Shown here one piece after another: positions 27,907 through 37,399 of a DNA stretch of 64,000 nt (positions within the stretch are counted from its first letter, which is position 1; every line of letters starts with the position of its first letter). The stretch is from Tabrizicola sp. (GTDB lineage Bacteria; Pseudomonadota; Alphaproteobacteria; Rhodobacterales; Rhodobacteraceae). Made by a program: the position numbers and the translations under genes. The stretch lies in assembly GCF_965284335.1 (NCBI RefSeq), contig NZ_OZ260076.1. The stretch is one strand, 5' to 3'. Below the pieces are notes generated by a model. The model searched no databases. It saw nothing but the letters and a program-made list of their open reading frames with translations, and had not been told where the DNA came from.

Positions 27907-28812
27907 TCAGGCGACCATATCGAGTGAGTTCAGGTTTGCATAGAACGCCTCCTCTGCTTCTGCGGGCGGGATATAACCGATGGGGCCAAGAAGGCGGCGA
28001 TTGTTATACCAATCGACCCATTTCAAGGTTTCCCATTCGACCTCGCGCATCGATTTCCATGGGCCGATCTGGTTGATGACCTCGGTTTTGAAGAGGCCTA
28101 TCACACATTCGGCAAGGGCATTATCATAGGCATCGCCGACGGTGCCTACGGAAAGATCGATCTCTGCCTCGGCCAGGCGCTCAGTATACTTGATGGACAA
28201 GTATTGGGAGCCACGGTCCGAGTGATGAACCAAGCTCTTGTTATCTGGCGTCTTTCTTTGCCAGATCGCTTGCTCCAGGGCGTCGAGCACGAACTGTGTC
28301 TTCATCGAGGTCGAGGCACGCCAGCCGACAATACGACGCGCAAACACATCGATCACGAATGCCACGTAGACCGTCCCAGACCAAGTTTGCACGTAGGTGA
28401 AATCTGAAACCCACAGCTTGTTCGGACGGTCTGCCATGAACAGTCGGTTCACCTTGTCATCTGGGCAGGGCTGCGATGTGTCAGGGTTCGTGGTGACAAC
28501 CTTTTTGCCCCGAAGCACACCTTTGAGGCCCAAATCGCGCATCAAACGCTCCACAGTGCATCGCGCGACGTCCTGATTGCCTCTGAGCAAGACGTGCCAG
28601 ATCTTCCGCGCCCCATAGAGCTTACGGTTGTCTTTCCAGGCGGCATCGATCTTGATGCAGAGATCCGCGTCCGACTTTGCCCGAGCCGAAGCACGATCAG
28701 GATCACGCCCGATGGCGCGACGCTCATAATAGGTAGACTGGGCGATTTGCAGCATTTTGCACATCGGCTCGACCCCGAACTGTCCCCTATGTTCTTCAAT
28801 GAAAGCAGTCAC
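27907..28812 (-). CDS. IS3-family transposase OrfB (DDE integrase core)
   Basis: 'LWVSDFTYV' (D), 'HHSDRGSQY' (D), 'DNALAECVIGLFKTE' (E), 'WYNNRR'. Confidence 0.9.
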   Translation of the reverse strand: MTAFIEEHRGQFGVEPMCKMLQIAQSTYYERRAIGRDPDRASARAKSDADLCIKIDAAWKDNRKLYGARKIWHVLLRGNQDVARCTVERLMRDLGLKGVLRGKKVVTTNPDTSQPCPDDKVNRLFMADRPNKLWVSDFTYVQTWSGTVYVAFVIDVFARRIVGWRASTSMKTQFVLDALEQAIWQRKTPDNKSLVHHSDRGSQYLSIKYTERLAEAEIDLSVGTVGDAYDNALAECVIGLFKTEVINQIGPWKSMREVEWETLKWVDWYNNRRLLGPIGYIPPAEAEEAFYANLNSLDMVA

Positions 28813-29159
28813 TTGCGAAACGGGCGGTCGAGCTCCGCCATTGCAAAATATGCTGATGCCTTCTTCAGTATCTCGTTAGCCTGACGCAGTTCACGGTTCT
28901 CACGTTCAAGCTCTTTTATTCGAGCTTTATCGGCACTGGTCAGACCTGGCCGTTCGCCACCATCACGCTGGGCCTGACGCACCCAAACGCGAAGGCTGTC
29001 CGGCGAACAACCCAATTTGCCTGCAATCGCCACCAGCGCAGAAGCTTCGCTTTGATACTCATCGCGGTGTTCCAGCAAAAGCCGCACCGCGCGTTCGCGG
29101 AACTCGGGTGAATACGGCTTCGACGTCTTCTTCTTTTGTGCATGTTCCATAACGGGCAA
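28809..29159 (-). CDS. IS3-family transposase OrfA (HTH plus leucine-zipper)
   Basis: '[13 protein letters not shown]', '[18 protein letters not shown]', '[24 protein letters not shown]'. Its stop overlaps the orfB frame (GTGA). Confidence 0.9.
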   Translation of the reverse strand: MPVMEHAQKKKTSKPYSPEFRERAVRLLLEHRDEYQSEASALVAIAGKLGCSPDSLRVWVRQAQRDGGERPGLTSADKARIKELERENRELRQANEILKKASAYFAMAELDRPFRK

Positions 29160-29201
29160 TTCTCCGAGAGTTTTGCCCTCCGGTAAACCCGGGGCGGTTC
29201 A

Positions 29202-29574
29202 ATCTCGTGATTGTGGACGAGTTGGGCTACCTGCCCTTCAGCGCCTCCGGCGGGGCCCTGCTGTTCCACCTGCTCAGCAAGCTTTATGAGCGCACCAGCG
29301 TCGTCATCACCACCAACCTCAGCTTCAGCGAATGGGCCACCGTTTTTGGCGATGCAAAGATGACCACCGCCTTGCTCGACCGCCTCACCCACCGCTGCCA
29401 CATCCTGGAAACCGGAAACGACAGCTTCCGCTTCAAGGCAAGCTCAGCTGCGGCAGCCCGAAAAAAGAAGGAGACAAACCCGCCCTTGACCCCAGCATGA
29501 ACCGAAATCCATAATCAGAGGTGGCTCACTTCTCGGTGAAAAAACCGGATCAGTTCTGGGTGAAAATCAACACA
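29202..29574 (+). mobile_element. 3' remnant of an IS21-family element (istB tail plus right end)
   Basis: An IstB C-terminal fragment followed by two imperfect direct repeats, CACTTCTCGGTGAAAA (29527-29542) and CAGTTCTGGGTGAAAA (29551-29566), and an ..AACA(CA) terminus. Its 5' side is cut by the IS3 end. Confidence 0.7.
29207..29500 (+). pseudogene. IstB-like ATPase, C-terminal fragment only
   Basis: '[10 protein letters not shown]', '[20 protein letters not shown]', '[10 protein letters not shown]', '[25 protein letters not shown]'. The Walker A region is absent. Confidence 0.85.
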
Positions 29575-30952
29575 GATCCGTCTGATTCTGAGAAATACGG
29601 GTAATATTGATGGCTTTGGTGCCGGTCGCCTCTTCCAACCCCAAACCTTCGATGTCGCCAGAGGTGACAGCAAGATTGATCGTCTGGATGTTGTTCAGGA
29701 TCGGATTGATGAAGGCTTCTGCGGAATCGTTCACGCTGCCCAATGTCACATTCAGGGTCGGGTTTGTGCCAATCCCAGTCAGTTCGTCTTCGTCCTGAAG
29801 CGTATTCACAAAATCATTGCCGCCGGGGGTGTATTCCGGCGCAGAGCCGAACACATTCGCAGTCAGCACATCGACACCAGCGGTCAAGACCTCATCAGAA
29901 ACTGTATAAGAGGCAGGATCAAGCACAACGCCCAGAGACGCCAGTGCCTGAACCTGCGCACCAGTGAGGATTGAATTTGTGACGATCACTTCGACGCCTT
30001 CATCGATCAGTCCTTCGATGAAATCAGGCGACGCATTGAGAATGTTCTGCGCGGAGTCTTGAACGAAGAACTCACCATCGAAGGAAGCAATTCCGGCCAA
30101 GTTTAGAGCCTGAGCAACGGTTACAACAATGGCATCTTCCGTGCCTATCGAGAGCGTGTTCACATCAATGTCAGGAGAATTCGCAACCGCGATTGCTTCC
30201 GCGTAGCTATCGACCACTACCGTCAGTTCGCTGGTCACACCGCCAGTGATCGAGTTCATCTGCTCGAATTGTGCATAGGTTAGGATAGCACCTGAATTGA
30301 TTTCGATCACACGCACACCAGACAATGCGCCATCCGGAAGGGCGGTGAAGTCAACCGTGCCTCCCTTAACTTCGATCGTCGTGAAGCCCGACAATCTGCT
30401 CTCGGCAGAAAGAACGACCGTGTCCTTGAAATGCTCGAAATCGAATGTGAGAACACCTGATCCCGACGCGTCAACTGTGACGTTAGTAAAGACATCCGCG
30501 CCGTCAGTGTCATCAACGACGGTGATGACCGCGCCACCCAAAGCCGAAGAAATCTCGACGGTCGAATCACTTTGAGCAATCGCACCGGTTTTAACGTCAT
30601 AAGCAGAGCCACCGCCGCCACCACATGCCGCGAGTGACAGCAGCATAATTGACGACAAACCAGCTTTTTGCGCTTTGCCAGACTTCTTCGCCGAGTCGGA
30701 CCATGTCTTTAGAACCGAATTGCGCGCGTCAATCCCAGCCGGAACGTGAGAACTCTTTGCAGCTACAGCGTCGTCGGCAAACATGCCGTCGAGCGAGCCC
30801 GCCTTTACCTCCGAGTAAACACCTTCGAGGCGTTCGCCATCAAGATAGACCGGAGCAACCCGCACAGCACCTTCCGCTGCCAGCGAAACGATTTTCAGCT
30901 CGTTGCAATCGCGCACAACATACACAGCTGCGTTTTCGATTTTCTTAGCCAT
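29567..30952 (-). pseudogene. 5' fragment (461 codons) of a large repeat-rich surface/secreted protein gene, truncated by the IS21 end
   Basis: The reading frame runs into the IS21 terminus; the last native codons are at about 29573 and the stop is supplied by IS sequence. About 100-aa N-terminal domain, then 'KKSGKAQKAGLSSIMLLSLAACGGGGG', then Asp/Thr/Val/Gly-rich repetitive sequence. Confidence 0.65.
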
Positions 30953-30972
30953 AATTTAGGTCTTCCCTCTTT

Positions 30973-31323
30973 TTACACCGCGGTGCAGCGGTGCTGCTCG
31001 GTATTCTGGTTGGTCATTGAATGGACAGCATTGTAACTGACCACGTTCGCATCGATCTCACACATGAGATCAGCGGAAGGCGCATTGAGCGCTTCCGCGG
31101 ATAGTTTTTTGGAAGCAGAAAAGACTTCTCTTCGAAGCTTCACAAATCGAATGGCTTTGCTGGCTTCTCGAACCAACCTCACTGACGCAACCTCACAAGC
31201 ATCGACGAGGCGGGAGCAAAATTCAGCAGCAGTTCCTGCCACCCAAGCAACAGCGAGAGCCAAAGGCTCAGTGACTCGGCCTATCGCAAAGCTGCTGTCT
31301 TGAAACATGGCCGTGATGTTCAT
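30973..31323 (-). CDS. hypothetical protein (116 aa), no family recognised
   Basis: Uninterrupted ORF in roughly 50% GC DNA. It sits 20 nt upstream of the large surface-protein gene on the same strand and is preceded by about 330 bp of very AT-rich DNA. Confidence 0.5.
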   Translation of the reverse strand: MNITAMFQDSSFAIGRVTEPLALAVAWVAGTAAEFCSRLVDACEVASVRLVREASKAIRFVKLRREVFSASKKLSAEALNAPSADLMCEIDANVVSYNAVHSMTNQNTEQHRCTAV

Positions 31324-31657
31324 CTCACGACTCCCCGATGTTTCTGGTGTTTTTCAATGCATTTTGCATTTTTCTCGCTCTGCTCATCGTCACTTTCAGA
31401 TTTAGTTACGCCAACTTTCCAGCACTTGGACACAAAAAAACACAACTCTTCAAACTATAATAATGCAACTAATTTTTATAACTATTTTTTGAATTTTTTT
31501 AATTTTAGCCATCAAAGCCGTTCACCAAGACAAACAAGACTCACCAAGTTGAAACATAAACTGACATCTATTCACCAAAATCGATCCGCGAAAACAAAAA
31601 TTCATTAGGCTTATGACGCGCCCAATCGCGAAACCAAAAGTAAGTCGACAACTTAAT

Positions 31658-32005
31658 CTAACGCTCGCCTTCATCTACCCGGCCATAACGCAGCATCAAA
31701 TAATCGTTCAGTGAAGTCATCAGTTCATGCGAAAGCGCCAAAACTTTTCGACTCTTCTTGCGGCCAGGCACCAACTCAAAACTGCCATCATCAATTCGGT
31801 CTTTAATAAAGTTGTATATCGTCATTTGGCTCTCGGTGCGCGTGGACAGCATATCAATATAATTCCAGATGCCGATCTCATCATCTCCCTTGTTCGCCGC
31901 CACCAAAAGCAACAGCTCCCACTTCGTTTGGGATCTGAAAAATCGGGAAATCTTATCTTTGGGCTTGATCGCACGCGTCAGGCTAAGCTCTTTTTGCACA
32001 GACAT
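31658..32005 (-). CDS. hypothetical small protein, possible winged-helix DNA-binding regulator
   Basis: 115 aa. The predicted helix-helix-helix-wing pattern ('WELLLLVA..IWNYIDML..SQMTIYNFIKDRIDDGSFELVPGRKKSRKVLAL') is my reading only. Divergent from the T1SS operon. Confidence 0.45.
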   Translation of the reverse strand: MSVQKELSLTRAIKPKDKISRFFRSQTKWELLLLVAANKGDDEIGIWNYIDMLSTRTESQMTIYNFIKDRIDDGSFELVPGRKKSRKVLALSHELMTSLNDYLMLRYGRVDEGER

Positions 32006-32229
32006 CGCCGTGAACCTCTCCGATTTGCCGATTATTCGGCATAAATAAGCAATTTACTAAAATAAACACAATGAGCCTTTGGACCAACTGGAAGCACGTG
32101 ACACCAAAGTGCCCCGCACCCGCCATTCCTGCCCGTTATTAATATATGATATTTTTAAAAAAGAGACTGTGGTGAATATCGACCTCATGACTTAATTGCG
32201 AGGCAAACTAGATCACAGGATCATCAAGA

Positions 32230-33579
32230 ATGAAACGCAACCAGATTATCGGCACCCTGATCGCGAGCACGTTTTTAGTGTCAGGCTGCGTATCGCAGAA
32301 TGATCGTGCCGCTAGCATTGAAAATCGACTCACAGACCATCTTAGCTCGACAGCTTTTCAGGACACCAAAAAGGCGAAATCGGTTGTTGCAACCGCCAAA
32401 TTTGAAGACGCACTTAAGTTGGCGGTCGAAAGCGACCCGCAGTTCCTTTCGGCACAGGCTGCAGAAAAAGCATCCTTCGCGCAGGTTGGTGTTGCGACCA
32501 GTGCCCGCCGCCCGCAGGTATCTGCAACAGCCAGCGGCGGCGCACTAAAAGAGGCCAGCCCGTCAAATCGTGAAATTACCGGTGTCGCAGCCGACATTAT
32601 GATGAGCCAACTCATTTATGACGGTGGCGCTGCGAATGCCGCAATAGATGGTGCGCTGGCCCGGGCATTATCGGCACGAGCCGCTACTCAGGAAACAGGC
32701 AATGCCGTGGCACTTGAAGCCTTGCGCGCCTGGGCTGATCTTTGGGTGCTACAACAAAGACTGTCGGCTTTGAATGCCCGCAGCGCAGACATCACAACAC
32801 TCTCCGATCAATTGGATCGGATGACTGCAAATGGGATGCTGGATAGCGCAACGCGGGATAGCGCGCGAATTGCCGTGCTCGATTTTAAAACGGAAGAAGC
32901 ATCGCTTCGCAGCGGATTGGCTGGCGCCGAAGCCAAGTTTGCGCGTCATTTTGGGTTTGTTCCAGCCGGAAATATTGCTGCCCCGAGGCAGCTTTTCAGC
33001 GGCCAGGATCTGAGGAAGCTGCAAAGTGATATTTCACTTTCACCAACTGTGCGCAAAGCTGCAGCAGAGCTGATTGCAGCTGAGGCGGCAGAAAAGGAAG
33101 CACTGTCCCAATTCAAGCCAACGGTCGCGCTTAATATGGGTGTGATGTCGCCAATGGATGAAGACGACACGACAGACACAACGATTGGCCTGCAAATGCG
33201 CTATACATTTAATGATGGCGGCCGTCGCAAATCACAAGCTGCCGCAGCGACCGCGCGTAAAGAGGCCAGCTCCATGAACCTTGAAAGCGCCAAAGCTGAA
33301 GCAACGGCAAGAATGGCTGGCGCGCTCGCGCAATTGACGGCGCTTGAGCAAACAGCACCGCTGATTGCCCAAAAACTGACTGCATCAAACGATCAGGCGT
33401 CAACTGCCGAGGCTCAGATCGCCTTGGGACAAAGCACATTGCGCGGTCTTTTGGATGCTCGGATCGCACAATATCGCGCCTTGGAACAATCTCTGAAATT
33501 GACGGCGGAACGTGCGGTTCTCCAGGGCACGATCGCGGCCGGAGCGGGGATGCTCACCCAAAAGCTTGGCGTTGAGTAA
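32230..33579 (+). CDS. TolC/OMF-family outer-membrane channel, lipoprotein type
   Basis: Signal peptide with lipobox 'LVSGC'. Two-repeat helical OEP-like architecture ('RRPQVSATASGG'). First gene of the ABC/MFP operon. Confidence 0.75.
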   Translation: MKRNQIIGTLIASTFLVSGCVSQNDRAASIENRLTDHLSSTAFQDTKKAKSVVATAKFEDALKLAVESDPQFLSAQAAEKASFAQVGVATSARRPQVSATASGGALKEASPSNREITGVAADIMMSQLIYDGGAANAAIDGALARALSARAATQETGNAVALEALRAWADLWVLQQRLSALNARSADITTLSDQLDRMTANGMLDSATRDSARIAVLDFKTEEASLRSGLAGAEAKFARHFGFVPAGNIAAPRQLFSGQDLRKLQSDISLSPTVRKAAAELIAAEAAEKEALSQFKPTVALNMGVMSPMDEDDTTDTTIGLQMRYTFNDGGRRKSQAAAATARKEASSMNLESAKAEATARMAGALAQLTALEQTAPLIAQKLTASNDQASTAEAQIALGQSTLRGLLDARIAQYRALEQSLKLTAERAVLQGTIAAGAGMLTQKLGVE

Positions 33580-33620
33580 CCAAAAGCTGAGTTATTAATA
33601 TTTCTGTTCAGCAGGATAGT

Positions 33621-35795
33621 ATGGAAAACTACGTGAAAATACTGAAGTCTTGGCTGCAAAAAATCACACATCGGAGCCATCGCGACACCTCCGCGATGGA
33701 TATCAGTCTTCCGTCGACGGCCGAGACCGAAAAGTCACTAGCACGCGCTGTCCAGCATATGCTGGCGATGAATGGTTTGAATTATTCCGAGGCAGCCGTC
33801 CGCGATTTGGCGGAGACGGTGAATACTTTCTTTGGTCCAGCCGAAGCAATCTCGGCCTTGAAGTCGCTTGGCTTTGCCACGGGATTTGGTCCCATTGACC
33901 CCAAGGACATTTCACCGGGCCATTGTCCGCTGATTGCGTTTGATAAAAATGGCGTCGCAGCCACCATACTTGAGATCAATGACCAAGGTTTCGCGCAGAT
34001 TATGTCGCATGACGACGCGTCGGAAACTGTGCTGGTCAGTCGTGTTGAATTGGAAAGCAATCTGCTTCCCTATGCCATCTTGACCCGAAAATCGCGCAAT
34101 ACCCTTAAAGACAAGATGCAGAACAATTGGTTCTGGAGCTCAATGTTGGAAGGAAAATGGCTTTATATTCAAGTCATTATTGCTGCCATGCTCACAAACC
34201 TTTTGGGTCTGACTACCTCTCTTTTCACGATGGTGGTGTATGATCGGGTTGTGCCCAACGAGGCAACGGAGTCTTTGATCGCATTGACCGCGGGCGTGCT
34301 GATTGCATTGAGTTTCGACTTTGTCATTAAATCCCTGCGGGCTCAATTTATTGACCGTGCGGGCAAAGGTGCGGATTTGCGAATGTCGCGGATGATATTC
34401 GACAAAATCCTGAACATGCGCCTCGATACACGGCAGCGTAAATCTGGCGCCTTGGCGACGATTGTGCGTGAGTTTGATACCCTGCGCGAATTTTTTACGT
34501 CGGCGACCTTGGTTGCCGTCGTCGACCTGCCCTTTGTCTTTTTCTTTATCTGGGTGATCTACCTGATCGCCGGGCCTCTTGCCTTTGTTCCGCTGGTTGC
34601 GGTTCCTTTGGTGATTATAACCGGTTTGGTTATTCAACCTTTGCTGGCTCGACTTGCATCGGACAACATGGAAACCTCCATGTCGAAACAGTCCGTGCTG
34701 GTGGAAACCCTGAATGGTCTTGAAACCGTTCAGGCAACCGGTTCAGGGCGCCTGATGCGCAAGCGGTTCGAAGAAGCAACGGTCATGCAATCTGATCTGG
34801 GGCTCAAAAACCGTATTCTCTCGCAATTTGCGATCAATTCGGCGGCATCTATCCAGCAATTGGCCCAGATCGGCACCATCTTTTTCGGCGTCTTTCTTAT
34901 TCAAGCCAATACGATCACTATGGGTGCGATGATTGCGGCGTCAATCTTGGGGGGGCGCGCTCTTGCACCGCTTAGCCAATTGGCGTCGGCCATGTCGCGC
35001 GCCAATGGCGCTTTGCAGGCCTATCGCTCGGTGGATGGTTTGATGCGCGAACAAGCCTTGCCAGAGGGTGAGGAATTGGGCCAGCGCTTAAGCCGTCCTG
35101 TTTTGCGCGGTGAAATTGAGCTGCGCAATGTCAGCTATAGTTTTCCCGGGGCCAAGGCGCCTGTTATCAGCAATCTGTCGTTGAAAATTCCCGCCGGGCA
35201 GCATGTTGCTATTCTTGGCAAGATGGGCTCGGGGAAATCGACGCTTGCACGATTGATGGCCGGACTTTTGCAGCCGACCGAAGGATCCATTCTTTTGGAC
35301 GGCGTTGAAATGCGCCAAATCGACAAATCGGATCTGCGTCGTAATATGGGGATCATGCTGCAGGAAACTTGGTTGTTCTCTGGGTCTTTGCGCGAAAACA
35401 TCCAGATGGGCCATTACGAATATGATGATGCCCATATTCTGAATGTCTCTAAAATCGCAGGTGTTGATGATTTTGTCGCCGGTCACCCGCGTGGTTATGA
35501 CTTGCCCTTGCGCGAACGCGGTGAGGGTCTTTCAGGGGGCCAGCGTCAATCGATCACATTGGCCCGCGCCTTGTTGCACAGCCCTCATCTTCTTATTTTG
35601 GATGAACCAACCAGCGCAATGGATACAGCAACCGAGCAATCGGTTCTGGAACGGATGAGCGGCTGGTTAAAGGATCGCACGCTTATTGCCGTGACCCACC
35701 GCAATACCGTTCTGTCGCTCTGTGACCGGGTGCTTGTCATGGATCGTGGGGCAATCATTGCCGATACCACGCCTGAGCGGCTTAAAGCGAAATAA
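33621..35795 (+). CDS. type I secretion system ABC transporter (HlyB/LssB-like) with N-terminal C39-like domain
   Basis: An N-terminal domain of about 150 aa aligns to the HlyB C39-like domain but has no Cys at the catalytic position. Six-TM domain. Walker A 'GKMGSGKST', signature 'LSGGQRQ', Walker B 'LLILDEPTS'. Confidence 0.9.
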   Translation: MENYVKILKSWLQKITHRSHRDTSAMDISLPSTAETEKSLARAVQHMLAMNGLNYSEAAVRDLAETVNTFFGPAEAISALKSLGFATGFGPIDPKDISPGHCPLIAFDKNGVAATILEINDQGFAQIMSHDDASETVLVSRVELESNLLPYAILTRKSRNTLKDKMQNNWFWSSMLEGKWLYIQVIIAAMLTNLLGLTTSLFTMVVYDRVVPNEATESLIALTAGVLIALSFDFVIKSLRAQFIDRAGKGADLRMSRMIFDKILNMRLDTRQRKSGALATIVREFDTLREFFTSATLVAVVDLPFVFFFIWVIYLIAGPLAFVPLVAVPLVIITGLVIQPLLARLASDNMETSMSKQSVLVETLNGLETVQATGSGRLMRKRFEEATVMQSDLGLKNRILSQFAINSAASIQQLAQIGTIFFGVFLIQANTITMGAMIAASILGGRALAPLSQLASAMSRANGALQAYRSVDGLMREQALPEGEELGQRLSRPVLRGEIELRNVSYSFPGAKAPVISNLSLKIPAGQHVAILGKMGSGKSTLARLMAGLLQPTEGSILLDGVEMRQIDKSDLRRNMGIMLQETWLFSGSLRENIQMGHYEYDDAHILNVSKIAGVDDFVAGHPRGYDLPLRERGEGLSGGQRQSITLARALLHSPHLLILDEPTSAMDTATEQSVLERMSGWLKDRTLIAVTHRNTVLSLCDRVLVMDRGAIIADTTPERLKAK

Positions 35796-35805
35796 GGGGG
35801 TCATC

Positions 35806-37110
35806 ATGTCAGACATGAACTTTAGAAAGATCTCGGATGAATTGGCGGGCAAACAGTCCATGTTCAATTCCGCGATCTTGTTCTCGACCGCCGGTTTGAT
35901 TGCGACCTTTGCAATCTGGGCCTCTTTTGCGGAACTGGATAATGTGACGCGCGGACAGGGCAAAGTGGCCTCCTCTGTGCAAAACCAACTGGTTCAGGCG
36001 GGTGAAGGCGGGGTTATTCTGCGCCGTTATGTTTCAGAAAACTCGGCGGTGACGGAAGGCGAAGTCCTTTTCGAAATTGATCCGGTGGATTCGGCCAGTG
36101 AATTGAACCGGCTGATGGAACGGCGTCTTGCGATGTCGATCAAAGAGGCGCGTTTGCGGGCCGAAATCGCGCAAACCGATTTTACCATCGCCGATGAATT
36201 GCGCGCGGGCAGCCCGATTGTGGCGGCGACGGAAGAAAATCTCTTTATGGCGCGCAAGGCCGAATTGTCTGGCGCCTTGGCCGTTCTTGAACAGCAACGC
36301 AATCAGCGCCTGCAAGATCTTGAGGGCGCCGCAGCCCGCCGTGACAGCGCAGGCCGCACCATGGATCTTATTCAAAAAGAGATCGACGTGGTGCAGCCCA
36401 TGGTCGCAGAAAACATCGCGCCCGAAACCCGTCTTTTGGAATTGCAGCGCGAGCTTGAATCGGCGCGCGGACAATTCGATGCCGGCAATGTCGCGATTTC
36501 GCAAGCCGAGGCCGGAATTGCCGCCATCGACGGCGAGATCAGCAATCGCCGTGAGGCCTATGTTCTGCAATCCATGGACGAATTGGCGGCCGTTGTGGCC
36601 GATCTTTCCGAATTGAACGAGGCGCTTCCCCTTTTGCAGGAACGCGTCAGCCGGACAGTTATCCGCGCGCCGATGGATGGCATCGTTTATCGGCTGAATT
36701 ATCGCACCCCGGGGGGCTATATTAAAACCGGCGACGTGGTGCTTGAAATGGTTCCGACGGGCGAAGATCTGGTGGTGGCCGCGCAAATCGACCCCAAGGA
36801 TATTTCCAATATCCGCCTTGATGATGCCGTGCGGATCCGGCTTTCGGCCTATGACTCGTCGCGTTATGGCACGCTTGATGGCCGCGTGACCCGGATCAGC
36901 GCCGACGCTTTGGCCAATGAGGAAACCGGCACCACCTATTATCAGGTCGATGTCGCGATTGAGGGCACCATCATGCTGGAAGATGGCGTGCCGGTCGTTC
37001 TTAAGCCCGGCATGACCGCCACGGTCGATGTTTTGTCCGGCAAGCGGACGATCTGGGCCTATATCTGGGAGCCTGTGGCCAAGGTCAAAGAACTGGCGCT
37101 GCGCGACTAG
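35806..37110 (+). CDS. type I secretion membrane-fusion protein (HlyD family)
   Basis: AAGGGGG lies before the ATG at 35806. N-terminal TM 'AILFSTAGLIATFAIWA', a long coiled-coil region, C-terminal 'GMTATVDVLSGKRTIWAYIWEP'. Confidence 0.9.
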   Translation: MSDMNFRKISDELAGKQSMFNSAILFSTAGLIATFAIWASFAELDNVTRGQGKVASSVQNQLVQAGEGGVILRRYVSENSAVTEGEVLFEIDPVDSASELNRLMERRLAMSIKEARLRAEIAQTDFTIADELRAGSPIVAATEENLFMARKAELSGALAVLEQQRNQRLQDLEGAAARRDSAGRTMDLIQKEIDVVQPMVAENIAPETRLLELQRELESARGQFDAGNVAISQAEAGIAAIDGEISNRREAYVLQSMDELAAVVADLSELNEALPLLQERVSRTVIRAPMDGIVYRLNYRTPGGYIKTGDVVLEMVPTGEDLVVAAQIDPKDISNIRLDDAVRIRLSAYDSSRYGTLDGRVTRISADALANEETGTTYYQVDVAIEGTIMLEDGVPVVLKPGMTATVDVLSGKRTIWAYIWEPVAKVKELALRD

Positions 37111-37111
37111 A

Positions 37112-37399
37112 TCACGCGCAGGCGATCTTGGCGATGGTAGCGCTGAGATGGGGTGCCATGGGTTTGGCTGTGCGGATCATCACATAGTCAAACCCATTGC
37201 TGGCATTGCGCTTTTGCACCAAAAGCACGGTGCCTGCCTCATAAATATCCCACGCCAATTCGCGCAGCTCGCGGCGCAGGCCGGTGTCGGTGCTGCCATA
37301 GACAATCTGCTCGCCGGGTGCGGCTGCACTCACCTCGCGCAGCAGCGCCTCGACCGATTTGGTCAGCTTGACATTCAAAGCGGGCTTGCGATCGGTCAT
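37112..37399 (-). CDS. hypothetical protein (95 aa)
   Basis: Uninterrupted ORF convergent with hlyD (the stops are 1 nt apart). No family recognised. Confidence 0.45.
   Translation of the reverse strand: MTDRKPALNVKLTKSVEALLREVSAAAPGEQIVYGSTDTGLRRELRELAWDIYEAGTVLLVQKRNASNGFDYVMIRTAKPMAPHLSATIAKIACA

Larger units (their letters stand above)
27866..29201 (-). mobile_element. complete IS3-family insertion sequence (1336 bp)
   Basis: Terminal inverted repeats TGAACCGCCCCGGATTTATCGGAGGG (27866-27891) and the reverse complement of 29176-29201 (24 of 26 identical, TG..CA ends). orfA and orfB are in a -1 frame relationship. Flanking triplets differ (GAC vs ATC), so there is no target-site duplication. 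Confidence 0.9.

Noticed and set aside
28830-28860. I tried to identify the programmed -1 frameshift heptamer joining IS3 orfA and orfB.
   Set aside because: The orfB frame is open across 'GCA TAT TTT GCA ATG', but there is no canonical A-AAA-AAG/A-AAA-AAA motif. I cannot name the slippery site with confidence.
31338-31406. A 22-codon strongly hydrophobic plus-strand mini-ORF ('MFLVFFNAFCIFLALLIVTFRF') in the AT-rich spacer, considered as a type I toxin-like peptide.
   Set aside because: There is no RBS, no recognisable antisense RNA partner and no conservation information. T-rich DNA generates Phe/Leu/Ile-rich ORFs by chance.
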